From positions 25,172,001 to 25,236,000 of the forward strand of contig OX597835.1 in assembly GCA_951406725.2 (NCBI GenBank): a stretch of 64,000 nt of DNA. Reading direction: 5' to 3'. The translations under genes and the position numbers were made by a program. The stretch comes from Octopus vulgaris (lineage: Eukaryota). The notes under the pieces are model-generated. The model did no database searches. It had not been told where the DNA came from and saw only the letters and a program-made list of their open reading frames with translations. Each line of letters begins with the position of its first letter. Positions within the stretch are counted from its first letter, which is position 1. Below, piece by piece: positions 51,410 through 64,000 of the stretch.

Positions 51410-52296
51410 TGTACACACATCTATATAAACATATGTACATTTATAAATATATATATATATATGCACACACACACATCTCTTTTGACACTCAACCGATTCT
51501 ATCTATTCATGATTTTTGAGAAACAGAAGGAGAAGAGGTGGGTAGCTTTTCTAATTTGTAAAATATAATTCTGGAACAAACAAATCATATTCACTGGTTT
51601 TGTGGTGGTAGTCATCGATGTAAGGGTTAGGTTGGATTGAGAGAAATGGAGAAAGACAAGGGACAGAGGGAAGAACAAGGACAGAGGGTGAAGAGGGACA
51701 TAGAGGGGGGGGTGGGGGTGATATCAACAGACAGATGCGTTTATTTTCGACATAGATTTGATTTGAGGTGTCAGAAAAAAGGGGGAAGTGAGTGAGTCTG
51801 ATTTGTCCCCGCAAAACATCAAAGTCTTATTTCAAAACAAAAACGTCAGTTTGAAATTAGTTTCACATTTAAAACCTAGGTTGGACATAAACTGCGGTTA
51901 TCACGTCTTCCAACACTCCCATGGATCTTTCTGAAAGAACAAATAGAGGTATGAATAAGCCATGAACACCAAAAAACTGGGTACACAGAAAGAGAGAGAG
52001 AGAGAGAGAGACAGAGACAGACAGTGGGGTACATAGTATTTCGGATAGTTCACAGCAAGGTACACAATATTATAGAGACATCACACCAGGGAGTGCAGCT
52101 AGGGCTATAGGCTTATGTCAGCAGTGTACACAGTATTACAACAGATCAGGGGACATACTATTAATGATACATCACAGTGGGAGACACACGCACATATATA
52201 TATTCTTTTATACATTTCAGCCCTGAGGTTGCGGCCATGCTGAGGCATACATACACACACACACAATATATATATATATATATATATATGCATACA

Positions 52297-52330
<34 letters not shown>

Positions 52331-52380
52331 TACAGACATATATATATATATGCATACAGACATATATATATATGCATACA

Positions 52381-52424
<44 letters not shown>

Positions 52425-53308
52425 TACAGAGATCACAACAGGGTATACAGTAATACAGATATAAAACAGTAGGGTACATACTATTGCAAACACACCATAG
52501 CAGGGTACACTGCCAGTATTGCAGATATATCACAATAGCAGAGTTGATAGAATTACAGACATATATCATGGTAGGGTACATTAGATGTATTGCAGCAGGG
52601 TACACATCACAACAGAGTATGCCAACAGTACCACAGGCACATAACAGCTAGGTACTTCAATAGTACCACAGCTGAGTACATCAGCAGTATCACAAACACA
52701 TTACAGCTTAGACATCAGAGCATGCCACACGACCAATATTAAAGACACGGTGTAACATACCATACAGCCTGTACTATAGACACATCATGGCTGGGTACAC
52801 AGCTAGAATTACACAGATCATGGCTACAGTTAGGGGACATAGAGACATCACATTTGGGCATAAAGCTACAACCATGAATACATAGAAAGTGGATACATCG
52901 AGTACAAAAGGGGTAGGCATTGTGGGGTGAGACTGACAAAAAAAAAAAAAAATTAAGAAAAGAAAAACACACAAGGTGTTAAATCTGTGAAGAAAGAAAA
53001 TAGAGTGACCTACAACAGACTCAACAGAAAGTAACAGATGGACTTCTCACCTTGATGAGCAGGTGAGAAGTTACCTTCAGCAACACTAACAACTACTACA
53101 ACTGTTACAGATATCACTACCACAACTACTACATCTACTTTCACAACAATTATTACAACTACCACCACAGCTACCATCCCCACTACCATAAGTCAACTGA
53201 ATGTTCTGTTCCAAGTAATAAAACCTAATATTATGAATTGTCTCTAAAGTCATGTTTTTTTCTATTTGCACCTAAGTTTATATATATATATGTATGTATG
53301 TATATATA

Positions 53309-54125
53309 CAGGGTGTGATGGGTAAATTGTTGCCATTTTATATTTTTAATTTCACACGTGTGCATTGCTTGTTTTTGATTCCGTTGACTACATAGTATAG
53401 TAGGGTCAGTTGGGCACCATTTGTAAGAAAAACAGCACCACGACACAATTCACTCTGCCAAAAATTTGAAGCGATATGCTGTACTGCTTGACATTCGCGC
53501 CAGAAGCTTCAATACAAACATTTCAGAGTATTTGGGTGTCAACATCATGGTGTTTGGAGTGATCACTAGTGATGCTAACGTTATGCCTCCATTCATCTTA
53601 CCACATGGCCTCACACTCAACACAGAGACCTACATCAAGTGCCTGGAGGAGGTAGAGCTGCCCTGGGTCAAGACAGTGGCAGCTGGTACACCCAATGTCT
53701 GGTAACAGGACTCTGCACCATGCCACAAAAGCAGGAGAAGCCAGTCATAGTTGTCAGACAATTTCTGCAACCACACCACCCCTAACACCTGGCCACCTAA
53801 CTCCCCAGACTGCAACCTCCTTGATTATTATGTGTAAGGCACCGTTGAGCAAGATACCAACAAAACTCCTTGTAACACCAAAGATGAACTGAAGGCAAGG
53901 ATTATGGCAGCATTCACCAACAAGACCAACCAGCAGTGTTGCAGAAGATTCCAAAGTTGTCTGGAGGTCATGGTTAAAGCCAACGGCGATTTCATTGAAT
54001 AAATTTACTCTTTAGTATATCAAGATATTTTTATGTAATTCTGGTAAATATATCTGTTAAAATGAGATGTCAATGTTATTTTCATTTTTGCATAATTTAG
54101 ATGACAGTTTATTCACCGCACCCTG
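53309..54125 (+). mobile_element. Internally deleted Tc1/mariner element, DD37D (maT) type
   Basis: TIR CAGGGTGTGATG / CACCGCACCCTG. Pseudo-transposase MVFGVITSD..MPP...QDSAPCH...WPPNSPDCNLLDY with 37 residues between the last two Asp and in-frame stops. Confidence 0.88.
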
Positions 54126-54282
54126 TGTGAATCATCATCATCATCGTTTAACGTCCGCTTATATATATATATATATACACACACACATATACATATATAT
54201 ATATATACATACACACACAGTTCACAGATGAGATCCTGAGATTCTCTGAACAGAAGACTCTTAGTGTTCAACAGATTCAAAC

Positions 54283-54432
54283 TTAGATTCTGATGTCTTT
54301 ACAGGGGATCGATTCCACAAGGTAAAGAAAGGCTATGAGAGGGATCAAGTTGATCGGGTATAGAGGCAATTATGCCTCTTATACCCTTTCTTTACCTTGT
54401 GGAACGATGCCCTGTAAAGACATTGGAATCTA
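54283..54432. repeat. Inverted repeat, arms about 60 bp
   Basis: TAGATTCTGATGTCTTTACAGGGGATCGATTCCACAAGGTAAAGAAAGG / CCTTTCTTTACCTTGTGGAACGATGCCCTGTAAAGACATTGGAATCTA. Confidence 0.75.
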
Positions 54433-56842
54433 TATTTGATGGGTCTAATTTGCTTTATTCGTATAATTGCCTCTACTTATGTGGGTGGTATGTCTGTATA
54501 TGTGTGTATCTATCTATATATATACACCTTAGCCATACACACTCATCTCTATATATAGCCACGCTAGTCATAGATAGTAACTTCCACTATACGTATCTAC
54601 ATTTTAGGCCAAGACCAGTGCTATGAACTGGTTGAAATAACAGCCAAATCCCCTACCCACCTAAATCACACCCTATTGCCTTACAAAAAAAAAAATTAAG
54701 AATACACTGTATGTTGTAGTCCTTGATATACCTAGGTCCTCTGGATCAAATTCTAAGACAGAGCCAAACAGAAGCAACATGTCACATTTGTCTTTTGTTT
54801 CCAACTGTCTCTGTTATAATCGAATGTTCCCATTTAGAACAAGAACCTAAATATACGGACACAGCTGGGGGAACCATTGCTCAGTTGTTTACATTCCATT
54901 CTTAACTGTAATAAGGTGCCACAGGAAGCATACTCTACCTAACTGTAAAGAGGAACCACAGTGAGGCACAGTCAACCTAGTTGTAAAAAGGGACAAAGTG
55001 GAGGATATGCAACCCTGCTGTATAGAAGTTGTACCCCAGTGAGGTACAACTTTCTTAGCTATATATAGGGGTCCACAGTGTTTGGTAATGTCCACCTTGC
55101 TGTATACATAAGGTCAACTAAATTACACTACCTAGATGTTTAGGAGTATCACAGAGAGGTATTGAGGTACTATTATTAAGTACAGTCCTCCTAGCTGCTA
55201 AGAAGGTACTCAGAATTAAATACATTCCACCAAACTGAACTGAGGTACCACTAATCCTAACCCACTTAGCTTCAACGAGGTACCACAACTTGGTACAATG
55301 AACTTAGCTGTTAAACAATATCACAATGTGGTACTAGTCAACTTAACTGTAAAGTAGTACCACAATATGGTACAGTCAACTAAATTGCAAAGAACTATCA
55401 GTGTGGTACAGCCCAGGTAGCTGTAAACAGGTACCACAATGATGTAACAGTTCAATGCTGTAACCAACAGCAACACTGCAATCCAGTGACCTGCAGTGTT
55501 GAGTCCAGTGACTTGTGTGCAGAAAGCTAACTGAAAATAGTCTAGCGTCCCCACCCTAGAGGCAATTTCTTAACCCTTTCACTGGCTACAGACAACCGAA
55601 AGCTAAGCTCATTACAGTGAAGTCCTATTTAGTTGTAGTTTCAAAATAACAAGGTTTGTATCGTTACCATTATTATTTAATGGCAGAGCTGGAATCAATT
55701 TCAACTGTATGGAGAATCTGAAAAACACACAAGAGAAAAAAAAAGAAGACACAGTTCTTCATTAAATAAATTTAAATGAAATGTGAATAATAAATAAGTT
55801 TTTTTCTACTTTTGGTACAAGGCCAGCAAATTTGAAGGGGAGGGGCAAATCAGTTACATCGGCTCCAGTATTTGACTGGTACTTTTATTTTACCAACCCC
55901 TAAAGCAGGAATGAAAGGTAAAGTCGACCTACGTAGAATTTGAACCCAGAAATGTAAAGAGATAGATGAAAGAATGAAAAGTATTTCGTCTGATGCGCTA
56001 ATGATTCTGCCAACATGCCGGGAATTGATGTAAATAATGTTGGGTTTCAAATTTCGATGCAAGACCTATAATTTCAGGGTGGCAGGTAGGTTGATTACAT
56101 CAACCCCAAATGCTCGTCAGGTACTTGTTTTATTTACCCTGAAAAGATGAAAGATGGCCTTGGTGGAATGTGAACTAGAAACATTAAAGACGAGATCAAA
56201 TGCTACTAAGTGTTTTGCCCAGCCTGTTAATAATTCTGCCAGCTCTCCGCCTTGTTAAAGTCAATAACTATTCCTTTCTAATATAGGCACAAGGCCTGAA
56301 ATTTGGGGGAAAGGGGACTAGTTGATTACATCGATCCCAGCACTTGACTGGTACTTATTTCATTGACCCCGAAAGGATGAAAGGCAAAGTCGACCTCGGC
56401 GGAATTTGAACTCAGAACGTAATGACATGCGAAATACCACTAAACATTTTCATCCAGTGTGCTAACAATTCTGCCAGCTCACCGCCTTAATAACAATAAT
56501 AATAATAATAATAGCAGTTCCTTTACATGGACACATGACTCACACTTCTAAATGTACTTAACTCCCAGTACATTACTGGTACACACTTCATTAATTCCAA
56601 TGAGATAAAAGAGTGGCAAAGTCAACTGTGACAGGATTGAACCTACAACCTGGTAGAATGAACCTAATTACGGTAAGTCATTTATAAATACTCTACAGAT
56701 ACTATATCATCAACCATTTACAGGACATTTCTTTGAATGGCACCGTTTTGTTTTGTTCACTTCAACCACCAACACACTATACAACACAAGCCCAATCAAT
56801 ACAAGAGACAGTCACATCTACACATTACAGCCGCTTGGTCAA

Positions 56843-59800
56843 TACATTATATGGTCATCCTGTCGATTACATTATACAGTCAGTTTATACATTATATAGT
56901 CATATATATATACATTATACAGTCGGTCTATACAAGTCAGTCTATACATTATATAGTCATATATATACATTATACAGTCAGTCTATACATTATAAAGTCA
57001 TATATATACATTATACAGTCAGTCTATACATTATATAGTCATATATATACATTATACAGTTAGTCTATACATTATATAGTCATATATATATACATTATAC
57101 AGTTAGTCTATACATTATATAGTCATATATATATACATTATACAGTCAGTCTATACATTATATAGTCATATATATACATTATACAGTCAGTCTATACATT
57201 ATATAGTCATATATATACATTATACAGTCAATCTATACATTATATAGTCATATATATACATTATACAGTCAGTCTATACATTATATAGTCATATATATAT
57301 ACATTATACAGTCAGTCTATACATTATATAGTCATATATATACATTATACAGTCAGTCTATACATTATATAGTCATATATATACATTATACAGTTCAGTC
57401 TATACATTATATAGTCATATATATACATTATACAGTCAGTCTATACATTATATAGTCATATATATACATTATACAGTCAGTCTATACATTATATAGTCAT
57501 ATATATATACATTATACAGTCAGTCTATACATTATATAGTCATATATATATACATTATACATTATACAGTTAGTCTATACATTATATAGTCATATATATA
57601 CATTATACAGTCAGTCTATACATTATATAGTCATATATATATATATACATTATACAGTTAGTCTATACATTATATAGTCATATATATACATTATACAGTC
57701 AGTCTATACATTATATAGTCATATATATACATTATACAGTCATATATATACATTATACAGTCAGTCTATACATTATATAGTCATATATATACATTATACA
57801 GTTAGTCTATACATTATATAGTCATATATATACATTATACAGTCAGTCTATACATTATATAGTCATATATATACATTATACAGTTAGTCTATACATTATA
57901 GTCATATATATATATATACATTATACAGTCAGTCTATACATTATATAGTCATATATATATATACATTATACAGTCAGTCTATACATTATATAGTCATATA
58001 TATATATATACATTATACAGTCAGTCTATACATTATATAGTCATATATATATATATATATACATTATACAGTTAGTCTATACATTATATAGTCATATATA
58101 TACATTATACAGTCAGTCTATACATTATATAGTCATATATATACATTATACAGTCAGTCTATACATTATATAGTCATATATATATATACATTATACAGTC
58201 AGTCTATACATTATATAGTCATATATATACATTATACAGTCATATAGTCTATACATTATACAGTCAGTCTATACATTATATAGTCATATATATACATTAT
58301 ACAGTCAGTCTATACATTATATAGTCATATATATATATACATTATACAGTTAGTCTATACATTATATAGTCATATATATACATTATACAGTCAGTCTATA
58401 CATTATATAGTCATATATATACATTATACAGTTAGTCTATACATTATATAGTCATATATATATACATTATACAGTCAGTCTATACATTATATAGTCATAT
58501 ATATACATTATACAGTCAGTCTATACATTATATAGTCATATATATACATTATACAGTCAGTCTATACATTATATAGTCATATATATACATTATACAGTCA
58601 GTCTATACATTATATAGTCATATATATACATTATACAGTCAGTCTATACATTATATAGTCATATATATATACATTATACATTATACAGTTAGTCTATACA
58701 TTATATAGTCATATATATACATTATACAGTCAGTCTATACATTATATAGTCATATATATACATTATACAGTTAGTCTATACATTATATAGTCATATATAT
58801 ACATTATACAGTCAGTCTATACATTATATAGTCATATATATACATTATATAGTCATATATATATATACATTATACAGTCAGTCTATACATTATATAGTCA
58901 TATATATACATTATACAGTTAGTCTATACATTATATAGTCATATATATACATTATACAGTCAGTCTATACATTATATAGTCATATATATACATTATACAG
59001 TTAGTCTATACATTATATAGTCATATATATACATTATACAGTCAGTCTATACATTATAAAGTCATATATATACATTATACAGTCAGTCTATACATTATAT
59101 AGTCATATATATATATACATTATACAGTCAGTCTATACATTATATAGTCATATATATATATACATTATACAGTCAGTCTATACATTATATAGTCATATAT
59201 ATATATACATTATACAGTTAGTCTATACATTATATAGTCATATATATACATTATACAGTCAGTCTATACATTATATAGTCATATATATACATTATACAGT
59301 CAGTCTATACATTATAAAGTCATATATATACATTATACAGTCAGTCTATACATTATATAGTCATATATATATATACATTATACAGTCAGTCTATACATTA
59401 TATAGTCATATATATACATTATACAGTCAGTCTATACATTATATAGTCATATATATATATACATTATACAGTTAGTCTATACATTATATAGTCATATATA
59501 TACATTATACAGTCAGTCTATACATTATATAGTCATATATATATATACATTATACAGTCAGTCTATACATTATATAGTCATATATATACATTATACAGTT
59601 AGTCTATACATTATATAGTCATATATATATATACATTATACAGTTAGTCTATACATTATATAGTCATATATATACATTATACAGTTAGTCTATACATTAT
59701 ATAGTCATATATATACATTATACAGTCAGTCTATACATTATATAGTCATATATATATATATACATTATACAGTTAGTCTATACATTATATAGTCATATAT

Positions 59801-61115
59801 ATACATTATACAGTCAGTCTATACATTATATAGTCATATATATATACATTATACAGTCAGTCTATACATTATATAGTCATATATATACATTATACAGTTA
59901 GTCTATACATTATATAGTCATATATATACATTATACAGTCAGTCTATACATTATATAGTCATATATATATATATACATTATACAGTCAGTCTATACATTA
60001 TATAGTCATATATATACATTATACAGTCAGTCTATACATTATATAGTCATATATATATATATATACATTATACAGTCAGTCTATACATTATATAGTCATA
60101 TATATACATTATACAGTTAGTCTATACATTATATAGTCATATATATACATTATACAGTCAGTCTATACATTATATAGTCATATATATATATACATTATAC
60201 AGTTAGTCTATACATTATATAGTCATATATATACATTATACAGTTAGTCTATACATTATAGTCATATATATATATACATTATACAGTCAGTCTATACATT
60301 ATATAGTCATATATATATATACATTATACAGTCAGTCTATACATTATATAGTCATATATATATACATTATACAGTCAGTCTATACATTATATAGTCATAT
60401 ATATACATTATACTGTTAGTCTATACATTATAGTCATATATATATATACATTATACAGTCAGTCTATACATTATATAGTCATATATATATATATACATTA
60501 TACAGTCAGTCTATACATTATATAGTCATATATATACATTATACAGTTAATCTATACATTATATAGTCATATATATACATTATACAGTCAGTCTATACAT
60601 TATATAGTCATATATATATATATACATTATACAGTTAGTCTATACATTATATAGTCATATATATACATTATACAGTTAGTCTATACATTATAGTCATATA
60701 TATATATACATTATACAGTCAGTCTATACATTATATAGTCATATATATATATACATTATACAGTCAGTCTATACATTATATAGTCATATATATATACATT
60801 ATACAGTCAGTCTATACATTATATAGTCATATATATACATTATACAGTTAGTCTATACATTATAGTCATATATATATATACATTATACAGTCAGTCTATA
60901 CATTATATAGTCATATATATATATACATTATACAGTCAGTCTATACATTATATAGTCATATATATATACATTATACAGTCAGTCTATACATTATATAGTC
61001 ATATATATATATACATTATACAGTCAGTCTATACATTATATAGTCATATATATATATATACATTATACAGTCAGTCTATACATTATATAGTCATCCAGTC
61101 AATTACATTATACAG
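56843..61115. repeat. Satellite of about 4.2 kb; unit CATTATACAGTYAGTCTATACATTATATAGTCA(TA)n, about 39-51 bp
   Basis: Roughly 100 head-to-tail units differing mainly in (TA)n length and CAGTCAG vs CAGTTAG. Edges are degenerate. Confidence 0.97.
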
Positions 61116-61785
61116 TATCCTCACCATCATCATTGAATGTTCACATCCCATGCTGGCATAGGCGCATGGGTTGGAGGGTTGGAGAGGATCTGTTGACCCA
61201 AAGACTGGATATTGTGCACCAGCATCTGCTTTGGAATGGTCTCTACAGCTAGATGTCTTTCCTAATGCCAACCACAGCTGAATGCCTTTCCTAATGCTAA
61301 CCCAGGACAGCCAGCAAGTACCAGGTGCCATTTTTTTTTAATCCATACAACCAGCACTGCTAAAGTCAGCATGCAGCCCCATAAGACTACGAACCCCACA
61401 GAAAGGGGCAGGTGGCTTGAAGCTAGGGGACAAGGGGCTAAGATATGAGAGAAAGCAGGGGTAGAGTGGAGTCAGAACAGGCTCTTGCAGAGGAGCTGAA
61501 TGGTGACTCACGTTTAGTAAGGAAAAGAGAGAATGATCAGTAAGAGTTGTGAAGAGATCGATAGTGAAGACGAGGTGTCCAGGTGGCACATCTTAACCTG
61601 TCATCCTGTCTATACATTTATAGTCCACATAAGTCTTTATACATTAAACAGGTATAGTCTATACCTGTGTGCAACCACTCAGTCACACAAGAATCACAAA
61701 ACAACAGAATTTTTTTCCTCTGTTTTCATATATCAAGGATCAGCAACTTCTTTTTGATATGGACCACTCGTATATCATATCTCTT

Positions 61786-62015
61786 CATCATCATCATCAT
61801 CGTTTAGCGTCCGCTTTCCATGCTAGCATGGGTTGGACGGTTCAACTGGGGTCTGGGAGGCCAGAAGGCTGCACCAGGCCCAGTCTGATCTGGCAATGTT
61901 TCTACAGCTGGATGCCCTTCCTAACGCCAACTACTCCATGAGTGTAGTGGGTGATTTTTACGTGCCAGACGAGGCTGGCAAACAGCCATGATCAGATGGT
62001 GCATTTTACGTGCCA
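61786..62015 (-). mobile_element. Family C element fragment
   Basis: (CAT)n-CGTTTAGCGTCCGCTTTCCATGCTAGCATGGGTTGG...GGATGCCCTTCCTAACGCCAAC. Confidence 0.7.
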
Positions 62016-64000
62016 CATATAAAAAATATCCAAATGTATCCCTGCTGTTTCCATCACTAATAAAAGCTTATGCAAAAACACACACACACAAAAGACGCAA
62101 ATCATGACACAAAAGACTAATCTCTCAGCCACCAACTGTTGAATGGCCCCATAAATACATTAAATTTAAGATTTTTTAGAAAAGGTAGTTTGATTCCTAC
62201 AAGGAGCACATCAGCAATCCAATCCTGTCATAGATGAATATTCATTAACCCTTTGGTATTTAAACTAGCAATATCTGGTCGAAATATTCAATCTGTTTTT
62301 ATGTTCAAACTGGCCAGATCCAGCCTCTCACATCTCGGTTACAATGTCATTGTAGAAAATAAACATTTACATCACTGAAATTTCAAACATACAAGATAAT
62401 GCAGGATTAATTCAAAACAATGTAAGTGAATCAGCACTGTGGTTGAGAGAGTAATCTGAATGCTAAAGGATTAACATAATCTATCCAAATCTAAATTAAA
62501 TACTTGGCAACATTCAACTCTCCAACTTCACTCGTACTCGACTACTGTTGTACACCATCAAAGTCAAAGTGAAATGCAATCCCAATGTACCTAATATCCC
62601 AGCGCTACACTTCATCCACGTCCAAATGACATCCTCCATCAATACACCTGGATGTGGTAGCTTCACACCACCACATCCAGGCAAAACATACCATCTACAT
62701 CCAAGTGCCATACTCCACTTACATCCATGTTCCACACCTTGTCCCTGTCCAACCAAGTATCACATTCTACCCATATCTGAGTACCTTACACTAATTACAT
62801 CCAAGAATCAGACACTAAAACCCACATCAAAGTTCCCCACACCACCCACATCCAAGTGTCACACCCTACCCATATCCAAGAGCCATACGCCTCTTATAAC
62901 TAAAATACCATACACTATCCCCATCAGCATGTCATACCCAACTTTCAGAGATAAATCCTAAAAGAAAGAAACCCCCCACCCCACCGAATGACCTTACAGC
63001 AAAAATAAAAATGCACTCCCCAAAAATCACCAGCAACTAAGAATTTTAAACACAGACCATTCAGGGGCAGAAAATACCCCAACAGAAAATACGCCTTCAC
63101 AAAACCAAAATAACAATCAGCTAAAATGAGATGCTACCTTGAACTAATTAGATTAATAATTAATGTTAAAGATAAAAAAAAAAAAAAAATTATATATATA
63201 TATATAAATATATACATATATATGGGTGTAACCAACTCACCTGTTAATGACTTCAGCTTGCAAAATTCTTCAAAGCCAGGTAGAAGTATTTCATAACAAA
63301 ACAGTTAGGGGAGGAGTCATACGCTCTCACAGTAGACAACAAGAAATGTATTTAATTACTTGTGATGAGGTCAATGACAGAGCTGATGATGGACAGTTTT
63401 GTAGCACGAAGAGAGAGAACCTGCACATCTTTACTACCACAACTCCTAGCACCGATCATATCATCATAAATATATTAGAACAATTTCAAATTATACAAGC
63501 TAACTTGCACTTCATAATGATTTACAGATAATTTCAACCAGAGGTTTTTCAGCAAACCCCTAAATATAAAACCATGACTTCAATCAAGCCTTTTTGTACT
63601 TCCATACTTTTCAACTTTGTTTGCTTGTAGGTCTATGATGATGCCCCACCACAATATTTAACAGTATTCACACTATATCTCTTCATATATGATGATCCCA
63701 GCTCAAAGTTTCCCCCAGCCTAATCCTTAAGGAGAAAAGACAATCCCTTCCAGACATACAGACTTTATATTTTCACCCAATCTGTCTGTTTTCTTAGTTT
63801 ATCAGAACAGCCATCCCGCTCCTATTACAAAGCTGCAATACTAAAGAGAAGCAGCTTTAACAAAGAAATGGTTTATAAAGAATACCCTACTAGAAAGAGG
63901 GATATCATATGGTCCGACCCACCACATAGTATGAATCTAAAAACCAACATAGCTGGATACACATATTCCAGTTATATTTACATCTAGCATTCTATAAACT

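Noticed and set aside
53042-53071. 11-bp perfect hairpin ACTTCTCACCT / AGGTGAGAAGT
   Set aside because: Too short and isolated to assign a function; compatible with chance or a small duplication.
53086-53271. Cys/Ser-rich metallothionein-like ORF; also readable as a phase-2 RFYYLEQ... XPO7 exon
   Set aside because: The Cys pattern derives from a degenerate (AGT/TGT) trinucleotide run and the acceptor lacks a pyrimidine tract.
56843-61115. Repeat-spacer appearance suggestive of a CRISPR array
   Set aside because: The spacers are only (TA)n, there are no cas genes, and the context is a eukaryotic intron.

Overview
This is AT-rich eukaryotic genomic DNA, dense in microsatellites and SINEs. The repeat content suggests a coleoid cephalopod, probably Octopus (inference). 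Almost all ORFs in the supplied track are artefacts of (CA)n/(TA)n/(GGT)n runs or SINEs. Two real genes can be assembled by hand. (1) A complete 7-exon plus-strand coiled-coil gene (13124-37306, 263 aa) resembling CCDC172. (2) The final coding exon of exportin-7 (XPO7) on the minus strand (43380-43494); its last intron runs past the right end of the window, so the two genes converge. A weak candidate minus-strand spliced transcript may run left from the CCDC172 promoter. The rest is transposon debris: RTE LINEs, a nested Helitron, Merlin-, hAT-, piggyBac- and Tigger-like MITEs, mariner and maT fragments, Penelope-like termini, a 253-bp triplication and a 4.2-kb satellite. The most notable observations are several minimal hammerhead-ribozyme motifs, candidate alternative terminal exons and a microexon in the XPO7 last intron, a dead ATAAGT donor in CCDC172 that A-to-I editing could activate, and a templated chimeric insertion copying part of an exon. 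All homology calls are from memory of the families, not from database searches.
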